A DNA stretch of 49,130 nt from Dehalococcoidia bacterium (lineage in GTDB: Bacteria > Chloroflexota > Dehalococcoidia > CAUJGQ01), in assembly GCA_038325665.1 (NCBI GenBank), contig JBBQJF010000002.1, forward strand, positions 1-49,130, read 5' to 3'. The notes under the pieces are model-generated. The model was not told the DNA's origin, made no database searches, and saw only the letters and a list, made by a program, of their open reading frames with translations. Both the position numbers and the translations under genes were made by a program. Positions 46,936 to 49,130 of this stretch are shown piece after piece (position 1 is the stretch's first letter; every line of letters starts with the position of its first letter).

Positions 46936-47094
46936 TGGTCCCCCTCCATGTGAACGCGCTCCTAGCCGGTCAGAACCGAACGGGTCGCCTAACTTCGCGC
47001 TCGGACTCGCGCGAGAAGCCCTCGGTCGCGCCGGCATTCGTGCGCCGTGGTGCAGCGCTCGGCAACCAGGGTAAGGCGGCCGGTCGCCCGTGCC

Positions 47095-47853
47095 CTACCG
47101 GCGCCCGCTCATCGCGCGGGCAATCGCGGCAAACTCGTCGGCCTTGAGCGATGCGCCGCCGATCAGCGCGCCGTCGATGCCGGGGTGGTGCATGAACTCG
47201 GCAGCGTTGGCGGCAGTGACGCTGCCGCCGTAGAGGATGCGAACCGTCTCCGCCTTTGGCGTGCCAGCCACCGAGGCCACCTCGTCGCGAATCAGCCCGA
47301 TCGCCTCCTCCGCGATCGTGTCGGTGGCAGCGCGACCAGTGCCAATTGCCCACACAGGCTCGTACGCGATCACGAAGCCCTCCGGCAGGTCGATCCCGGT
47401 GAGCGCGGCGCGAACCTGACGGCGCAACACCTCGCCTGTCCGGCCGCCCTCGCGCTCGTCGAGCGTCTCGCCCACGCAGGTGATCGGGCGGAGGCCGTGG
47501 CGCAGGGCGGCGGCGGTGCGTGTGTTGACCGTCTCGTCGGTCTCGCCAAAGTAGGCCCGCCGTTCGGAGTGACCGATAATCACGAAGCTGGCGAGATCAA
47601 CGAGCATCGCCGGGCTGGTCTCGCCGGTGAATGCGCCGCTGTCCGCCCAGTGCGCGTTCTGTGCGCCGGCATGGATGCTCGTGGAGGTGAACAGCGCGGC
47701 GAGCGGCGACAGGTAGACGGCGGGCGGGCAGACCACGAGATCGACGCTGCTGATGCCGTCGAGTGATCCAACCAGCGCCCGCGCCAGCGTCTCGGCGGCG
47801 GCAAGGGTGGGCGGGTTCATCTTCCAGTTACCGGCGCATACCGGTGTCCGCAT
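47095..47853 (-). CDS. tpiA: Triosephosphate isomerase
   Basis: AGNWKMN, IIGHSERR and AYEPVWAIGTG. The ATG follows GGAGAG. Confidence 0.92.
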   Translation of the reverse strand: MRTPVCAGNWKMNPPTLAAAETLARALVGSLDGISSVDLVVCPPAVYLSPLAALFTSTSIHAGAQNAHWADSGAFTGETSPAMLVDLASFVIIGHSERRAYFGETDETVNTRTAAALRHGLRPITCVGETLDEREGGRTGEVLRRQVRAALTGIDLPEGFVIAYEPVWAIGTGRAATDTIAEEAIGLIRDEVASVAGTPKAETVRILYGGSVTAANAAEFMHHPGIDGALIGGASLKADEFAAIARAMSGRR

Positions 47854-47895
47854 GGTGTCACTCTCCGCTCGCTGGTGTAGTCGGCAGGGACGAGC

Positions 47896-49098
47896 CTAGG
47901 CGCCGTACTTGGTCAGGCGGCCGGCGTGCGCCATCGCCAGCGGCATCGCCTCCGTGGCCGGGAAAGTGCCGAGCGAGCCGCGCATGCACTCGCGCTCGTT
48001 GAAGCCCTCGGCGAGGTCGGGCCGGCCCCACTTGCCATGCAGCACGAACGGCACCGAGTGCCACGAGTGCGCCGCCAGCACGGCCGGGGTGGAGTGGTCG
48101 CCACCGATCATCAGCACATCGGGATTCAGTTCGAGTAGACGCGGCAGCGCTCGGTCAACTTGTTCGACCGCCGCAACCTTGCGGTCGAAATCGCCGTCCT
48201 CACCGGCCGAATCGGTGCCCTTGAAGTGGACGAAGAAGAAGTCGAAGTCGTTCCAGTGCTGGTGGACCGTCTCGATCTCATCCTCGAAGCTCATGCCGCC
48301 GGCGAGCGGAGTCATGCCCGCCAGCTTCGCGAGGCCGCGGTACATCGGGTAGATCGCGACGGCGGCGGCGTTCAGCTTGAACAGTTCCTTCATCGAGGGC
48401 AGGGCGGGATACTTGGCGAATCCGCGCACCAATACCATGTTCGCGCGCGTGCGGCCCCTGAGTCGCGCCCGCGCCTCCTCGACCCACGCGTTCACCAGCG
48501 CCGCCGTTTCGACGGCCTCGGTCGCCAGTGGAGTGACCGGCAGCGCCGGCAATCCTTCACGGTTCGGGTCGGTGCCGGAGAGCCGGTCGGAGAGTCCCTC
48601 GCCACGCAGCACCAGCACGAAGCGGTGCTCCCGCACGGGTTCGACCAGTGCCTCGACACCGGGCAACCGGATCTCGCGCAGCATCGCCACCAGTTCGGTC
48701 GCCTCTTCGGTCGGGATGCGTCCCGCCCGCCGGTCGGTGAGCAACCCGCTGTCATCGACCGTGCAGAAGTTGCCGCGGGCGGCGACATCGCTCGGGTCGA
48801 GCGCGAAATCGATGCCGGTCGCCTCGAGCACACCGCGGCCGATGTCGTACTTGATCGGGTCGTAGCCGAAGAGCGCGAGATGGCCGGGTCCGCTGCCGGG
48901 AGTAATACCGGTGCCAACGGGAACGGTCAGACCACACACGCCCCCGCGGGCGAGTTCATCAAGGTTCGGGCAATCGGCGGTCTCAAGCTCGCTCAGCCCG
49001 GTCTGCGGCCGGGGCAGTCCGCCGAGTCCATCCATCACGAGAAGCACGATCTTGGTCGTGCCGGGGATGACGATCTCTTTGAGTAGGCGCTCGTCCAT
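47896..49098 (-). CDS. apgM: Cofactor-independent phosphoglycerate mutase, archaeal-type (ApgM family)
   Basis: LVMDGLGG, GITPGSGPGHLALFGYDP, FFFVHFKGTDSAGEDGDF, and GDHSTP. 400 aa. Confidence 0.85.
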   Translation of the reverse strand: MDERLLKEIVIPGTTKIVLLVMDGLGGLPRPQTGLSELETADCPNLDELARGGVCGLTVPVGTGITPGSGPGHLALFGYDPIKYDIGRGVLEATGIDFALDPSDVAARGNFCTVDDSGLLTDRRAGRIPTEEATELVAMLREIRLPGVEALVEPVREHRFVLVLRGEGLSDRLSGTDPNREGLPALPVTPLATEAVETAALVNAWVEEARARLRGRTRANMVLVRGFAKYPALPSMKELFKLNAAAVAIYPMYRGLAKLAGMTPLAGGMSFEDEIETVHQHWNDFDFFFVHFKGTDSAGEDGDFDRKVAAVEQVDRALPRLLELNPDVLMIGGDHSTPAVLAAHSWHSVPFVLHGKWGRPDLAEGFNERECMRGSLGTFPATEAMPLAMAHAGRLTKYGA

Positions 49099-49130
49099 GG
49101 GCGTATCCTAGCAGGGAGTTAGGTCATAGG

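Noticed and set aside
46809-46949. An N-terminal extension of the miaA ORF to 46949.
   Set aside because: The extension merely translates the two REP palindromes (GDPMGRPPP-type peptides). The conserved MiaA P-loop begins right after the ATG at 46808.
46850-46950. A mini CRISPR-like array formed by the repeated palindromes.
   Set aside because: There are only two full copies, with unequal short spacers. Identical units are scattered singly elsewhere in the window, and no cas genes are present. This fits REP elements, not CRISPR.

Overview
This is a 49.1-kb high-GC bacterial chromosomal segment. DapL, an archaeal-type ApgM and many ATGA/TGATG gene overlaps suggest Chloroflexota or a similar high-GC lineage, but that is inference only. 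Most of the window is housekeeping. I support about 45 protein genes and one tRNA-Asn(GTT).

The recognisable blocks are:
- 10.7-19.7 kb (+): a translationally coupled cobalamin salvage and nucleotide-loop operon. It contains a FecCD-type permease, an ABC ATPase, then cobO, cobT, cobS, cbiB, cobD, cobQ and cobU.
- 28.3-32.7 kb (+): mutS and mutL.
- 39.8-49.1 kb (-): a long run of apgM, tpiA, miaA, dapL, hflX, a GNAT gene, an unknown gene, purK and purE.

I found no CRISPR array, rRNA, transposase or integrase.

The least ordinary part is 2.9-9.2 kb. A large HTH-NB-ARC-TPR (STAND) ATPase regulator is transcribed divergently from three genes for secreted or anchored beta-rich proteins that I cannot assign to any known family.

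Other points worth a second look:
- A REP-like palindrome family (GGGCGACCC-N3-GGGTCGCCC) confined to intergenic DNA, with a nested cluster upstream of miaA.
- An hflX gene whose conserved N-terminus has no ATG, GTG or TTG available. An ATC behind a strong Shine-Dalgarno (SD) sequence is the best candidate start.
- A GNAT ORF that lacks a nearby stop and runs about 390 nt into the next gene.
- An N-terminally truncated ABC-2 permease and a stop-interrupted ORF between tRNA-Asn and mutS.
- A compact operon of a PTPS-like gene, a zinc-ribbon gene and a flavodoxin-like gene.
- A 1.3-kb gene-poor stretch with a C9 homopolymer and small ORFs.
- A visibly AT-richer orphan gene.

Long ORFs antisense to the real genes are abundant. 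I treat them as high-GC artefacts.
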